DNA of 64,000 bases from Psammoneis japonica (taxonomy: Eukaryota): NCBI GenBank assembly GCA_008632985.1, contig QPGO01000016.1, positions 468,840-532,839 on the forward strand, in the 5' to 3' direction. Position 1 is the first letter of the stretch, and each line of letters starts with the position of its first letter. The position numbers and the translations under genes are program-made. The notes below the pieces were generated by a model that was not told where the DNA came from, ran no database searches, and saw only the letters and a list, made by a program, of their open reading frames with translations. Positions 51,205-63,093 of this stretch are shown piece after piece.

Positions 51205-51780
51205 GAAGTGCTGCTCAATCACAGCTCTTAAAGTCTCTCCTGGGGTCCACCAGAGACATTCAATGCCCCCCTCAGCTTTTGCTGCTGTCAGGTCTTCTGG
51301 CATCATCAGCGGGGATCTCTGCACTCTGGAGCTGGGAAAGTCATGCCCGTTGCTCCTGTTGGAGGGGACAAGGTGGCAACACCACCAGATCAATCAAGCC
51401 TGCTGCCACAGGGAACAAGAAGGTGAGAACAACAACACCTGGTCAATGTTGCAATGCCCAGCGACATCTCTCAAAGTGTCGCCTGATGTTTGTCAGATGC
51501 TGCCAGTGTCCTCAGCTTGCAACTGGTGTTCAGTTGGTTGGCACTGTCATTTTGCCCTTTCACTGTGGAGTTGGAATGCTCCAGCCTGCTCTCCTCCTCC
51601 TGCTGGGACAATGTGACATGGGACCACAACCACATGACAGGCGTCTTGCACTGCTCAGCCATGGTTGTTGCTGTGTCACCTGGGATCCACATGATGCCAC
51701 CAATGCCCTCAGCTTTCTGTTGTCACATTGGTTGGTGCCATCACAGGCTCCTTTCATTCTGGAGTTGGGAGTTTAAAGTT
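51205..51780. repeat. Inverted, more diverged copies (~3) of the satellite unit
   Basis: 51220 CACAGCTCTTAAAGTCTCTCCTGGGGTCCACCAGAGACATTCAATGC is the reverse complement of the unit core; further copies near 51465 and 51670. Confidence 0.75.
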
Positions 51781-51799
51781 TGAAGTGCTGTGCTTGTGA

Positions 51800-54140
51800 C
51801 TGAGGCAGAGGGTGCAAGAAGACAGGCAGCACCAGAGCTGCACAAAACACCAGCCTTGTTGCTGATGAGCATGCAGCAGCCACAAATGTTCTTGTTGTGC
51901 ACATGTGGAATGGCTGCAAAGATCTGCTGCCACAATGGCAGTCCACAAGACAACAAAAAAAACACAAACATGAAAATTTCATTCTTGACAAGAGCTGGCA
52001 GAGATCACAAAAACTGAGAGACATCAACAATCTTCATCAAAAACAAACATGCCACATCACATTGAAACAATGCTCAATGGCCAGCTCTGCCAAACTCACA
52101 AGCAAAGTGCTGCATCAGAAATGATGAACAAAATGACTTATTTTCAAGTTGATTCAAATGATTTGAAACTTTGAAAATGGACACAACAAAAGCATTTTTT
52201 TACAAAATTGTCGCTTGCAAAATGATGCAGGACTGTGGCAAAAAAGCAAATCTGCACCACTCAAAACAAAACACTCAAGTGCTTTTGTCTCTCTCTCTCT
52301 GCACTCATGCTGGATTTCTGCTCCAGACAGTGGCATGACAATGATGCATGAGGTGATGCAAACATGCAACAATGAATGAGGGTTGCATGCAACAGAGAGA
52401 ACTCTGCTGCCGGTGGCTGCATCATGGACAGGAACAGAGGCGCGCTGTGATGACATGATGTGTTGCCAAATGTGGTCCTTTGGGCTGGCTACAATGGTGG
52501 CTTGGAGCACAGAGACAATTCAATGAAAATTTCAAAATGCTGCACAATTGATGAAGAAAGCATGCATTTGAAAAACATCCAAGAAACTGTGGCAATGAAT
52601 GACAACATTTCTTTGAATGACAAATGCACAACTGCTGAGTTGAACATCACAATGTTTGCACTTGGTTGATTTTACATGAACTTGCACTGTGAGCACAGAG
52701 TGCTGAAACAGCAATGGTGTTTCAAACATTGTGTGAGAAAAATGGTCATGCACTCAAATTGCCAGCAAAGGTGACAATGAAAACAACACAAAGACAGCAA
52801 CAACATGGACAACACAAAGCAAGACAACATTGACAGGTGAGCATGACACATGCAATGTGATTGTGCATGATGTTGTCATGAACATGACAGCATGGTGTTG
52901 TTGTTCCAGAATGGCAGAAGTTTTCTCACATTCCATCATGTTTCATGCTGTCATTTTCCATGCTGTCATTTTCCATGCAGAATGATGAGCAGCTGCACAG
53001 TGCTGCATGCAGAACAACATTGTGAAGTTCGTGCCAATTGTGGAAGCACCCCCAGAACACAGGCAATCTGGAGACGGGCAATGCTCCAGGAGAAGGTGAG
53101 CACAGAGTCTGCATGGTTGGCAGCATGTGGCATGTGTGCTGATCTTTCTCATGCAACCTTGCACAGCATTTCACCATTGAAAGGATTGCAAACCAACAGC
53201 AACACGGTGTGGAGGAGATGGGCAACATGAGTGAAGTGGGAGACTGTGGGATGCTGTGATCAAGATGACTGTGGCAGCTGCTGCCAACACGATGCTGGAA
53301 GAAGCAGAAGCAGTGGATGCAGTGGACAGCAATGCTCTGATGGAAGTGACTGGGATGGACACAGCAGAGCAGGTGGAAACTGCACAAGACAATGGGTGAG
53401 AACACATGGTGGCTTCTGATTGAAATCAGCAGAGTGACAACACAAGGCAATTTACATGGCAACATTGTGACAACAGAACAATGCATGCATTCTCATCACA
53501 CTTGTCAGTTGAACACTGCCATTTGCATTGCTGGCAGGGGAGGGAACAACAGCGGATGGCAATGCGGTCATGCACTGTCACAGGTGTGGGAAGGAACAGG
53601 GTTGGCTGAGCGAGGGTGGCCGCGGATGTCAAATTGCAGGTGACCACCAGCAATGACATTGCAGGTGTGCCAGCAACAGAATGTTGGGTGAAATGACACC
53701 ACATTGCTTGTGACATCATTGTGGTTGTTGCCGGCATCAGGGGAAGCCAGGAACAAGAAAAACACCAAGAATTGGCGCTGCGCGGGCAGCATGCCAGCAC
53801 AATGGATGCGCAGGGGCAACGGGAGCCAGCAACAAGAGCTGCACCAGCAAATGGCACCAGCAGGGTGACATGCCAGGATGACAGCATTTTCACACCAGCA
53901 ACACCAAGTGCGGTTGAGCTGTGGTGCGCGGGCACCCTTGGACCCATCGCTGGCAACCAGCGGTGCCATCATTGTGGATTTTTGGTGCCAGCAAATGCCC
54001 TTTTTTGCTGGCAATCTCGTGAGCTGTGAAGTCATCATCACCCAGTTCATTGTCTGATGCACTGTTGTGATCAGCAGATGGTGGTCTGGGAACAAGGTTT
54101 GGCACATGTCATCTCTGTTATCTGAGCCACTGCCTGAGTA
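51800..54140. mobile_element. Unclassified decayed TpA/CpG-depleted repeat DNA
   Basis: Continuation of the CA/TG-rich block; no recognisable domain. Confidence 0.4.
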
Positions 54141-54377
54141 AAACAAAGCAAACAAGCAAGAAAAATAAATAAAACTGACAGAAAAATTGAAAGCACAATC
54201 GTCCATTCTCCATCGCATTATTTGCGGGGCATCATCTTGAAAAAATCTATCTTGTACCGTATCTCGTCGCACGTCGCTCATCACAATGATGTGAAATGAG
54301 AGAGCGTGTTGACTGTGTTATCTTCTCTTTCACGTGTCTCAACTTGCGGTTAAAAGCTAAACACACACATACACACT

Positions 54378-55763
54378 ATGAACAATTCAGACTTTCAAGC
54401 GTTGGTAAACAAAGAAAAGACAACAAAAGAGATTGCTCGAGAAGCTGTACAAGATGAATTCTCGCGGAGGCGCAACAAACGCAAGAATCATCATCGAGGC
54501 AACCAAGACGACGATTACTTGTCCGATGATGATTCCGATCCACCACAAGACGACAGTCACAAGAAAAAAGACTTGAAACGACAACGACGACAAGAGCCAG
54601 AAAAAGAAAAAGAACCAACCTATAGCACAAAATACCGTGATCGAGCAAAAGAACGACGCGAGGGGAAAAATCTAGATTACAAAGAGGATGAAGCTCTGCT
54701 GCAAAATGTGACGAGTGGTTCTGCCTTTGACGAGGAACGGCATACCAAGGAGCAACTCGTGGAGTTATCCAAATACTTGGGTGGTGATGACGCGCACACG
54801 CATCTCGTCAAGGGTCTAGACATTGCACTGGCACAACGCGTCAAGCGACAAATGAAGGGAGACCAAGACGAAGCTGATTTGGATGCTATTTTTCAACAAG
54901 CAAAGCAAGCACAAAAAGAAGAACCAGCATCAATTACGATTGCTCGTGATAAAAAGGAAGCTCTAGACTTTTTACAAGAGCGAAAAGCTTCTTCCTTTAC
55001 ATCCGACTTGGGGAAAAGCGTCTACAGCTACCTCCAAAAGACGCATTTGCCTTGTCCACAACAACAAAATCCCATTGCAGTTTCTAGTGCAGGCAGGACA
55101 CTTCAGCGTTCTTCCTTGGTCTTTTCAAAGTACAGTCATCCACACGATAAGAACAAGTCATGGGAAATCCCGGCAGAGCACATTAGGAGTGGCAGCAGCC
55201 ACAGCCAAGGCGACCAAGTCACCAGCCAGTCGTCGTCATGCACACCGCTACCACACAATTTGATTGTACGAATCAAAACTACTCTTGAACAAAAGGAAAA
55301 GTACAAGGAGAGTGTCATTCAGAAACAAAAAACAGAGGAGACAATGTCCAAAGAGAAAAACGCTACAGCAGAGCAGCATGTCGAAGAAGAAGACGAGAGT
55401 GACGATGATATTTTTGCAAATGTGGGAGACTACGTTCCGTCGTCGGCAACAACAAGTAAACACATTAAACAAGAAAAAAAGAGTAGTGGCTCTGTCTTTG
55501 CGGGTCTTGGAGGAAACGAGACTGCGGAATCCAAGCCAGTGGTGCAACAGCAACAGGGTGGGTTCTTGTCACAGTTGCGTACAATAAAGAAAAAGGGTGT
55601 ATCGATGTCTTCTTATTCCGGTGACTATGGTGAAGAAGAAATGGACTTTGATTATGGGGGTATGCATGATCCTGATTATGAAAAAGAGGACAAGAAGGAA
55701 AAGTACAAAAAGAAAAAGAGTTCTACTAAAGAGGATTCAGACAACGACAAGGAAGACAATTAA
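54378..55763 (+). CDS. RED/IK-family splicing-associated protein (RED N-terminal domain)
   Basis: MNNSDFQAL, YRDRAKERREG, SKYLGGD..HTHLVKGLD.AL, DDDIFANVGDY. Confidence 0.9.
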   Translation: MNNSDFQALVNKEKTTKEIAREAVQDEFSRRRNKRKNHHRGNQDDDYLSDDDSDPPQDDSHKKKDLKRQRRQEPEKEKEPTYSTKYRDRAKERREGKNLDYKEDEALLQNVTSGSAFDEERHTKEQLVELSKYLGGDDAHTHLVKGLDIALAQRVKRQMKGDQDEADLDAIFQQAKQAQKEEPASITIARDKKEALDFLQERKASSFTSDLGKSVYSYLQKTHLPCPQQQNPIAVSSAGRTLQRSSLVFSKYSHPHDKNKSWEIPAEHIRSGSSHSQGDQVTSQSSSCTPLPHNLIVRIKTTLEQKEKYKESVIQKQKTEETMSKEKNATAEQHVEEEDESDDDIFANVGDYVPSSATTSKHIKQEKKSSGSVFAGLGGNETAESKPVVQQQQGGFLSQLRTIKKKGVSMSSYSGDYGEEEMDFDYGGMHDPDYEKEDKKEKYKKKKSSTKEDSDNDKEDN

Positions 55764-56536
55764 GTTGTCGCTACTGTAGTTGTACCTCGAGAAGCACTCT
55801 CAAAGTCAAGCAGCAGGGCTAGAGAAAGGGAATAAACTTATGGTTCTGACCTCCTTGTCCCTCTTTTGATGTCAAATTGGTACTTGTATGTTGTTTCTTC
55901 CACCTCGATACTCTTGGTGGGCTTCTTGGCATTGAGTTGTATAATGTTGTTGAAACACCGGTTGCACAGGAGCTCGAAAGGCAAGCGCTTTGGATTGGCA
56001 AAAGAATGGTATCGTCTTGCGGTCAATATAATTCCGCCGCTATCCATTACAAGTAACTAGAACGCCCTCTTTCGGGAGGGTCTTGATTTCTTCACACTTT
56101 CGGCACAGACATGTCGTCGGAGCAGTTTACAAGCTGAGGGCGCATGATGAGCCCCATCAGTCTCCTTATCCAAGAGTGAATACCTTGAAGGACAATGTTG
56201 CCTGTTCGAAACAAGTTTGCAATCACGTCTTACTGGCCCAGTACAGAGGCAAAGAAACCATCTCGAAAGTATGGGAATCAACTACCGGAATGTTTCTCCC
56301 AAACGAAATAAAGATAGGGTGCTTAAGATCGGCAACATCCGTGGTCTGTGTCTCAGCATTGAAGAGCTAGTTCTGTACGAACAGTCTAATCAACGAATGG
56401 GAGTTGATCTGGCTCTAAAGTAGCAAAGTATCCCCGCGTTCGATCGTCCCAGGGCATAACCAAATAAGTTTTCTAAGCGACGTCCTTAGTTCTTAAAATT
56501 CAACACTCAAACACATTTACTCTGTTCACGTTCATT

Positions 56537-57772
56537 CTACTTGGTCGACCACTCTCGTTCCAACATGGTCTCTCCTCCACCCCCATCAAAAGAGCCGTTC
56601 TCCATGGGAAAGAAGTAATCCGCATTGTCCCCCGCATAATCCAAATTGTGCAACGCCTTCAAGCATTCAAAACTCGATTTACGCGTCATTTGAACCGTAA
56701 CAGGCAAGTGCTTGCTTTCAAAGTCATCATCGGTTTCGTGTGCTCCAGCGTCAACAATGGAGGGTTTCAACAAGAGTTTTTGAAGCGTGAGGTATTCAGT
56801 ATCCAGCCCCATGAGATAACCCTTGGATAAGAAGCGCTTAAGGTAGTGAACATCTTCATTGTTGTCGCGATACACAAAGACAAAACGTGATGCGGGTGAT
56901 CCTACAGAAAACGGCTCGGGTTCGATAGCATAAGCCACGGTCCGAGCCAAGGATTTTGCCAGAGGAAAGTTCACGTAAATGTCGGACCCCAACACGACAT
57001 GAAATTTCTTCGCACTAGGACGGCGCTGACGAATCCAATCCGTCTCCTCCACTTGGACCTTGGATGCTTCTACGCGAGAGTTCTTGACGTTGCTAAAGGC
57101 CAAATTCACCATGTCTTCGCTATTGTCCGCCAACAAGAGCGACTCTATGGAATCAGGAAGTGGCGCCGGTTTGGGAATATCCAGAGGATCAACCTTTTTC
57201 AACACAGGAGTAGGTTCATCTTGCAATGCAAACCCCGCCGCAATACTTCCCAGCAAACCGGCCAGTCCCAATTGACACTGCAAATCCAACACATTACCCA
57301 CCATAATGTCTGGATTGGCGGCTAGATAAAGACTGGTACAAATATCGGCTTCAATTTGCAAATCATTCCCCGCTGCACCGGAATGCGATTCTCCCGATGC
57401 CTCGTGCAAATCCAAACGATACAACTCGGGTCCAATCACGTCATTGTCGTCGTCTTTGGACAGACCACGCAAAATCAAGGTGCGTCGGCCCATGGGTTCC
57501 ATGTAACCCTCATCCTCCGCGCTGGGACGAAAACGGACGCGTTCTTCAATCGAAAAATCAGAGTCCATGTTGCTTCCGGATAATTTGTGAATGATGCGTT
57601 GATAGACAACCTTGCCAGTCAGATCCGGAGCTTGTTGTTGTTCTTCCGACATCATGCTGAGTCTCGCACTAAATTTCTGAAGCCTACTCCGGACACTACT
57701 ACTTGTGGTTGCAGTCCATCCGTGCGTAATTCCCACCGCTGAAACCAACAGAGCTGCCGTTCTGAAATTCAT
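56537..57772 (-). CDS. Probably plastid-targeted, divergent class I methyltransferase-like protein
   Basis: Signal peptide ending THG-W plus transit-like region; VLDLQCQLGLAGL, LLLAD, DW, FHVVLGSDIY resemble degenerate Methyltransf_16 motifs. Confidence 0.7.
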   Translation of the reverse strand: MNFRTAALLVSAVGITHGWTATTSSSVRSRLQKFSARLSMMSEEQQQAPDLTGKVVYQRIIHKLSGSNMDSDFSIEERVRFRPSAEDEGYMEPMGRRTLILRGLSKDDDNDVIGPELYRLDLHEASGESHSGAAGNDLQIEADICTSLYLAANPDIMVGNVLDLQCQLGLAGLLGSIAAGFALQDEPTPVLKKVDPLDIPKPAPLPDSIESLLLADNSEDMVNLAFSNVKNSRVEASKVQVEETDWIRQRRPSAKKFHVVLGSDIYVNFPLAKSLARTVAYAIEPEPFSVGSPASRFVFVYRDNNEDVHYLKRFLSKGYLMGLDTEYLTLQKLLLKPSIVDAGAHETDDDFESKHLPVTVQMTRKSSFECLKALHNLDYAGDNADYFFPMENGSFDGGGGETMLEREWSTK

Positions 57773-58348
57773 GTTGTATGAGTATGATACACCTCTCTCC
57801 TTCAATTACTTTGGTTCTCAAGTTAATGTTCAGTGCCCTTGCCACTGCAGAGAGCGCTTGTTCTATGACGCTGATGCTGCGCTTCTCATTGACGTTTCCA
57901 AAAAAGATAAAAGATCTCTGGATTTTTGGATGCGAGCGAAAGATCGCAAAATTCGAAAAGTACAAAAGCCTTTTACCCATAGAAATCTATCGCGCGACGT
58001 TTGTGATGACGCGCCTGCGCGCATTTACTGTATGCCAGTAGTACGGACGACCGTACAGTACCGAAGCCTACGTAGATTCAACGGTCGAATCTTTCGACTC
58101 CGACTGCAGAAAGGTGCGACAGTTGTCACGACTGAGTTCATTTTTAACAGCGACCATTTCAGCGACCATGCAAGTACAAAATCTACGACTGAGTAGCACC
58201 AGCACGACTGACTTTGATGTCGCAAAATTGAGGGTGGCACTTTCGGTGTCAACCTGTCAACCACAAAATCAGCGACACGCGATATCGAGAAAGGACGAAG
58301 CGTAGCATAAAAACGACACAAAAAGAGGAAAAGAGCAAGAGATTATTC

Positions 58349-59770
58349 ATGATACGCAATCGAAAAATAGTCTTCGCTATGACTGCAGCAGCGGCAACGA
58401 TTCCCGCAAATGTTTTATCTGCAACTCCGGCGTTTGTAGCGAGAAATCTCCATTCTCCGAAACCATCGTTGCGAGAAAAAGTCTGCATCAAGAATGCCGT
58501 CCTCAACAATACCATCCTTGATGCCGTAACTGCGCCATCTTTCTATGACGATCCAACAACTCTTTTGAACCAAGCGCAACCTTTTGGTTTGCCAAATATC
58601 TTTGACAAGAGCCTAAGATCCAAGTTGGTAAGTTTCTTCTCGCTCGGGAGCGTAACACGCCGCGATGCTATGGAGAAAACCTCTTTCTTACTTGTCATCA
58701 TAATATGTTTACCATCCACGCTGTTCTGTTGTTGTTTTCTTAGAATGTCCCTCCTGATGATTTATTTACACAAGATTCACAAACGCAGCACCGCCCCACG
58801 ATTGTGGGACACCGCGGTTGTGTCTACGAAGCGTTGGAAAACACACGTCACGGCTTTCTCAAGTCTCACGAATTGGGGAGTGAGGGTGTGGAATTGGACG
58901 TGTTTCTGCTCAAGTGCGGTACAGTGGTTGTGTTTCACGGCGGTGGTTCCGACGAGAATCCCGGAGACTTGACGGAATACTGCAAGAACCTTCCTCCGAA
59001 ACAGTCCATTCTCGACTATACCGCAAAGGAAGCAAGACTCTTTGAGTTTAATCCATACTTTGCCGAGTTTGGGTGTGGTCCACAACGCGTATCCGATAAG
59101 AGTGTCTCGTACATTCCAACACTCAAGCAAGTCTTGCACGATATCAAACACAAGACGGTGCGTTGACATGATAGCATTGGTGCATGCGGCAGTAGCGTAG
59201 TGTCTCACGTATCTTTCCATTCCTAACCTTTCGCAGGATTTGATTGTCAAGATTGAACTCAAGGGTCCTGGTACGCCAGACGCGGTGTTGGAGATTGTGG
59301 AAGAATTGGAAATGGTGGATCGCTGCCACTACAGCAGCTTTTCGTTGGATAGAATCGCTCGGGTACGAAAATTGCGTCCGGAGCGAAACGAACATGGGGA
59401 GCACGTGTACAAAACCGGTGCGCTTTTCAACGAGGTGCCTCAGGACTTTTTAGAGCGTTCCCAAGAGGCCGGTGCTTCCGAAGTGCATCTCCGATACGAC
59501 ACGTGTTCGACCGATCGAGTAAAGGCCATTCACAAGGCCGGTTTGGGCAGCATGGCGTGGTTCCGGGGACCGCGAGGAATGAAATCGGATACGATGGAAA
59601 AGTACCTTGATGTGGGCAATGAAGATCACGACATGTACCGGGTACTAATCAAGACTGGCGTACAGCAAATGTGCGTCAACAAGCCAAACATATTGGCTGA
59701 ACTGCTAATGAAAGAAGGCGTGGCTGAGGAACGAACCGGATTCCAGCCTGCACTAGAATGTATGCAATAG
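58349..59770 (+). CDS. Glycerophosphodiester phosphodiesterase (GDPD); introns 58628-58743 and 59158-59236
   Basis: IVGHRG..Y..LENT, GVELDV, VVFHG, IPTLKQVL, KIELKG, YSSF; GT-AG introns restore frame. Confidence 0.93.
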
Positions 59771-60102
59771 AACTAGAGAGGGGCAAAGGTGGGATCGAAT
59801 ACATAGAGCTACTACTGAACTTAAAGCTATAGAACTTCACAGAAAACTTCTAAACTTATGTTCTTTACTACTTGATTTTGGCTGTCAGCAACGTGCAGCA
59901 TGCTAAACCAGACTTCTAGTCCAGAAGGCTTCGCCAATATCAGCCTGCATGTTCCACTTCCCGAGCCCTCCATCACAAGAGCGCTTGTTTCCGTTCGTTG
60001 CGCAAGGGTGCGTCTTTGAGGAACGGATCGCATATGATAACAACCAAATGCTTGTTTGAAAAGAAGGACTCCTTTGTAAATCATGCTTCCGGTCCACGTA
60101 AG

Positions 60103-60933
60103 TCAGGCGGATGTCTCAGTGGTTTCTGGCTTGAAGCAATGTTCTGATTGTTTCTCTAGCGTGTGAGTTCGCCCGAAAGTTTTCTCCACAAAGTGGACAC
60201 GTCCGCTCTTGGTCACAACAATCACAGAGGACTGTCTTGTTCCGTAGTCAAACTCATCCGCCTTGACAAACATGGAGGAAAGCAACTTTTCCACATTGAC
60301 ACCAAGGCCAGTGTCAACAAGGAGTTCCTTCTCGTACGTCTTGTCATTCTCCAGGATTCGAAACAGTTCTTCAATCAACGTGTCTTCGTCCAGAGTACTA
60401 TTGTTGACTAATAATGATTCTAGTTGCTTCCTGGCCGTTTCCACCTTGGGCCAACCCGGTGCATCCATATAATGATTTGCCACCCCGTGAACGATCCCGG
60501 GATCAACTCGTTTGACGGCTCCATTCTCTACCCAGTTGCTTGAAAACCACAATCCATTCACCACGTCCCCTACAATCAGATTGTATCCATCAAAATGTTT
60601 TCCTTCGATAGATTCCAAATATTGTTTAGGAGTTCTTGAATCCGTCGACTTGAGCCAATCGACTGTCAATAAACCACGTGATTTCGGAGAAACAATTGAA
60701 TTTCGCAGCGGTCCATCTCTGTAGTTTGTCACTGCCGCAATTCTTCCATTCTCATCATTGATACTCAACCATGTTCCTCCTCGTACACCGTCACGACCAC
60801 CAAACACATGAGGTGCATCGTCTCCCCACGGTGCCGCTGCGAGCGTGTCGCGAGCAAAATATTCATCGCGATTGCAAATGAAAACGAGGGGAAACTCCGA
60901 ATGGACCTGCCATGCCACCATGATTACGCACAT
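60103..60933 (-). CDS. TANGO2: TANGO2 / NRDE-family protein
   Basis: MCVI start, NRDEYFAR, GGRD...GGTWL, VTNYR, SRGLL, WPKV, YGTR. Confidence 0.93.
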   Translation of the reverse strand: MCVIMVAWQVHSEFPLVFICNRDEYFARDTLAAAPWGDDAPHVFGGRDGVRGGTWLSINDENGRIAAVTNYRDGPLRNSIVSPKSRGLLTVDWLKSTDSRTPKQYLESIEGKHFDGYNLIVGDVVNGLWFSSNWVENGAVKRVDPGIVHGVANHYMDAPGWPKVETARKQLESLLVNNSTLDEDTLIEELFRILENDKTYEKELLVDTGLGVNVEKLLSSMFVKADEFDYGTRQSSVIVVTKSGRVHFVEKTFGRTHTLEKQSEHCFKPETTETSA

Positions 60934-61442
60934 GGTTGTTTTTAAGTCGATTACAGTAGAATGTAAACGTCTGTTCTCTTGAAAAAAAAAAAATAGACTA
61001 TTGAAAGAAGAAAGAGAGAAGGAATGCAAGTTCGGAGAGTGTGATGGGTTGCTTCGCATCGAAACAGTGCATCATCCAGTCGGTGCCACGACTGGCAGTC
61101 GTGAGTAATGGATTATCAAACATACGGGTTTGATAAACGGTAATGAAATTTTTGTATATAAGTATGTATGCATATTATTCAACCCAAATCGCGACCATCG
61201 CAGCCACGATCAGAATTCATTCACGAGTCATGTTAGTCACGAGTACGTGTCGTCGTTGCTGGTTCGTCGCTCACTTTGTCTCGCACCCCCACACTTTGCC
61301 ACTTGCCACGTCCATCATTTTTTCATGTTTAAGCTGCTTTACCGTTTTGCCATGTGACGCAGCGAATACATTATTCTCGTACTACAGCAGCTAGAAGTTT
61401 GTGGGTTGTGTGGAGGGTGTAAGGTACAAGTATTCCCTCATC

Positions 61443-62792
61443 ATGTTGCGAATCATCGTATTCATCTCGATTGCAGTGTGCGGCTCGTTGTCTACAGCCG
61501 CTTTGGCATTCGGTTCTGCCTCTCTGGTTTCGGAAAAGAAAGTTTGCATTGCTGGAGCTGGGCCTTGTGGGCTCTTTTTGGCGGGACTCCTGTTGCAAGA
61601 GGATCCCTCGGTGACTGTGGAAATACTGGAAAAGGCACCACGCCAAGGCATTCCGGGACAGGCGTTTGGTATCGGAATGAACCCGAGATTGCGTCAAACC
61701 CTAGACGCCGTTCATGGTTTACGGCCACGAGTAGAATCCATTGGAGCAAAAGTAAATGGACTCAATGAAACGCTCATTGCAAGACGGCAAGATATATGTG
61801 AACAAATGACTTGTTTTCTAGAGGAAAAGTACCCCGACCGATGCGCAATTCATTTTGAACAAGGTTGCGAGCAAGTCAACATGGCTGAACAGACCATAGT
61901 TACGACAAACCAAGAAACAGTCACATACGATTTACTCATTGGATCCGATGGTATCAATTCGGTTGTTCGACGACAAAGCAAGAACATTCGTGTCTTAGAT
62001 CACTACGTCTTGGCGAGTCGATGGAAAGCTCTCTTTTTGCCTCCACAAAAGCACATTGAACCCGACTCCTTTCAACCCCTCAAGCACCCCAGTTTTGCAG
62101 GTCGTATCCTTCCACGTCATCCTGATGGTCACATTGCTCTTTTCTTTTGGGATGATAATGGCAAGCCTAATCCTGACGGTATCGAAACCGTCAAGGATTT
62201 GGAGGAAAGTTTCACAGCGGCGCTTCAGGGCAAACAACGAAATAATCTCTTTCGAAGGATGCTGGGGATGGGGATGTACGAAGACTTGAATGAAACCGAA
62301 GTTAGCTACGACAAGGAGGCGCTGAAACAGTGTTTTGATGGACGCGCCGGCATTAGTCATTACCTCAAGCTGGACAAGTACAATGACGGAGTTGTTGCAC
62401 TCTTGGGTGATTCGGCGCATGGCATGTACACCTTGCTCGGTCAAGGATGTGCCTGTGGGCTGGAAAATGCAGTGGTGCTTGGAAAGTGCTTGACAAGCAA
62501 AAATAATCAGTACGAGACGATCGAGGATGCACTTCAAGCCTACTCGGATGCGGTTGTTCCAGAGAGTCATGCCATTACAGATTTGAACCTCATCACACAC
62601 GTACTAAAGAGCAATGTTTTTGTCAAGGCGATCGCATTCCCACCAATTGTTTGGTCAGCAATTCGAGGCAAAATGCTAATGAAACGTGTAGTTGATACTC
62701 CCTACACGCAGGTGCTCAAGGAGAATCGTTTCATCATTGCGCTGTCGAAGAGAATGTGGAAACGCCAAAGAAAACCAGCCACAAGGTCATGA
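61443..62792 (+). CDS. FAD-dependent monooxygenase (kynurenine 3-monooxygenase-like fold) with signal peptide
   Basis: IAGAGPCGL, YDLLIGSDGINSVVR, LLGDSAHGM...LGQG..CGLEN; signal ending ALA-F. Confidence 0.9.
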   Translation: MLRIIVFISIAVCGSLSTAALAFGSASLVSEKKVCIAGAGPCGLFLAGLLLQEDPSVTVEILEKAPRQGIPGQAFGIGMNPRLRQTLDAVHGLRPRVESIGAKVNGLNETLIARRQDICEQMTCFLEEKYPDRCAIHFEQGCEQVNMAEQTIVTTNQETVTYDLLIGSDGINSVVRRQSKNIRVLDHYVLASRWKALFLPPQKHIEPDSFQPLKHPSFAGRILPRHPDGHIALFFWDDNGKPNPDGIETVKDLEESFTAALQGKQRNNLFRRMLGMGMYEDLNETEVSYDKEALKQCFDGRAGISHYLKLDKYNDGVVALLGDSAHGMYTLLGQGCACGLENAVVLGKCLTSKNNQYETIEDALQAYSDAVVPESHAITDLNLITHVLKSNVFVKAIAFPPIVWSAIRGKMLMKRVVDTPYTQVLKENRFIIALSKRMWKRQRKPATRS

Positions 62793-63093
62793 GTGTTTGG
62801 TATAGGGTCCGGCTCAGACACTCCCAACTACCTCAAGATGTACATGTCTTGTGCCTTCTTACTATCTGCTCAATTTATACCGATATCTTTCATACCTACT
62901 ACAAGCAGAAGGAAAAAGCTCATATTTCACTGTAGGGTACGTAGAAACTTTGTATCAAACTCTATTCTCTAAATCTCTACGTGTTGCGAAATTTTGGCGG
63001 GCCAATCAAAACCCTTCATTTTGCCTTTTCATTTCAGAACGCATACGGTACTGTTAGGACTATGGCAGTTTGTTCTCTTTTCACACGCTACCC

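Noticed and set aside
41420..54140. Classical fungal-type RIP
   Set aside because: RIP raises TpA and AT content; here TpA is lost
41600..54284. Dense six-frame Cys/His-rich, Tyr-free ORFs (also at 4.6-6.2, 8.3-9.6, 23.3-24.8, 36.6-38.5 kb) as novel metal-binding proteins
   Set aside because: Artefact of TpA loss: TAA/TAG stops and Tyr codons vanish while TGY/CAY codons rise, in all frames on both strands
55819..56423. Gene between RED-like and methyltransferase-like genes
   Set aside because: Only short stop-interrupted ORFs with no recognisable motif
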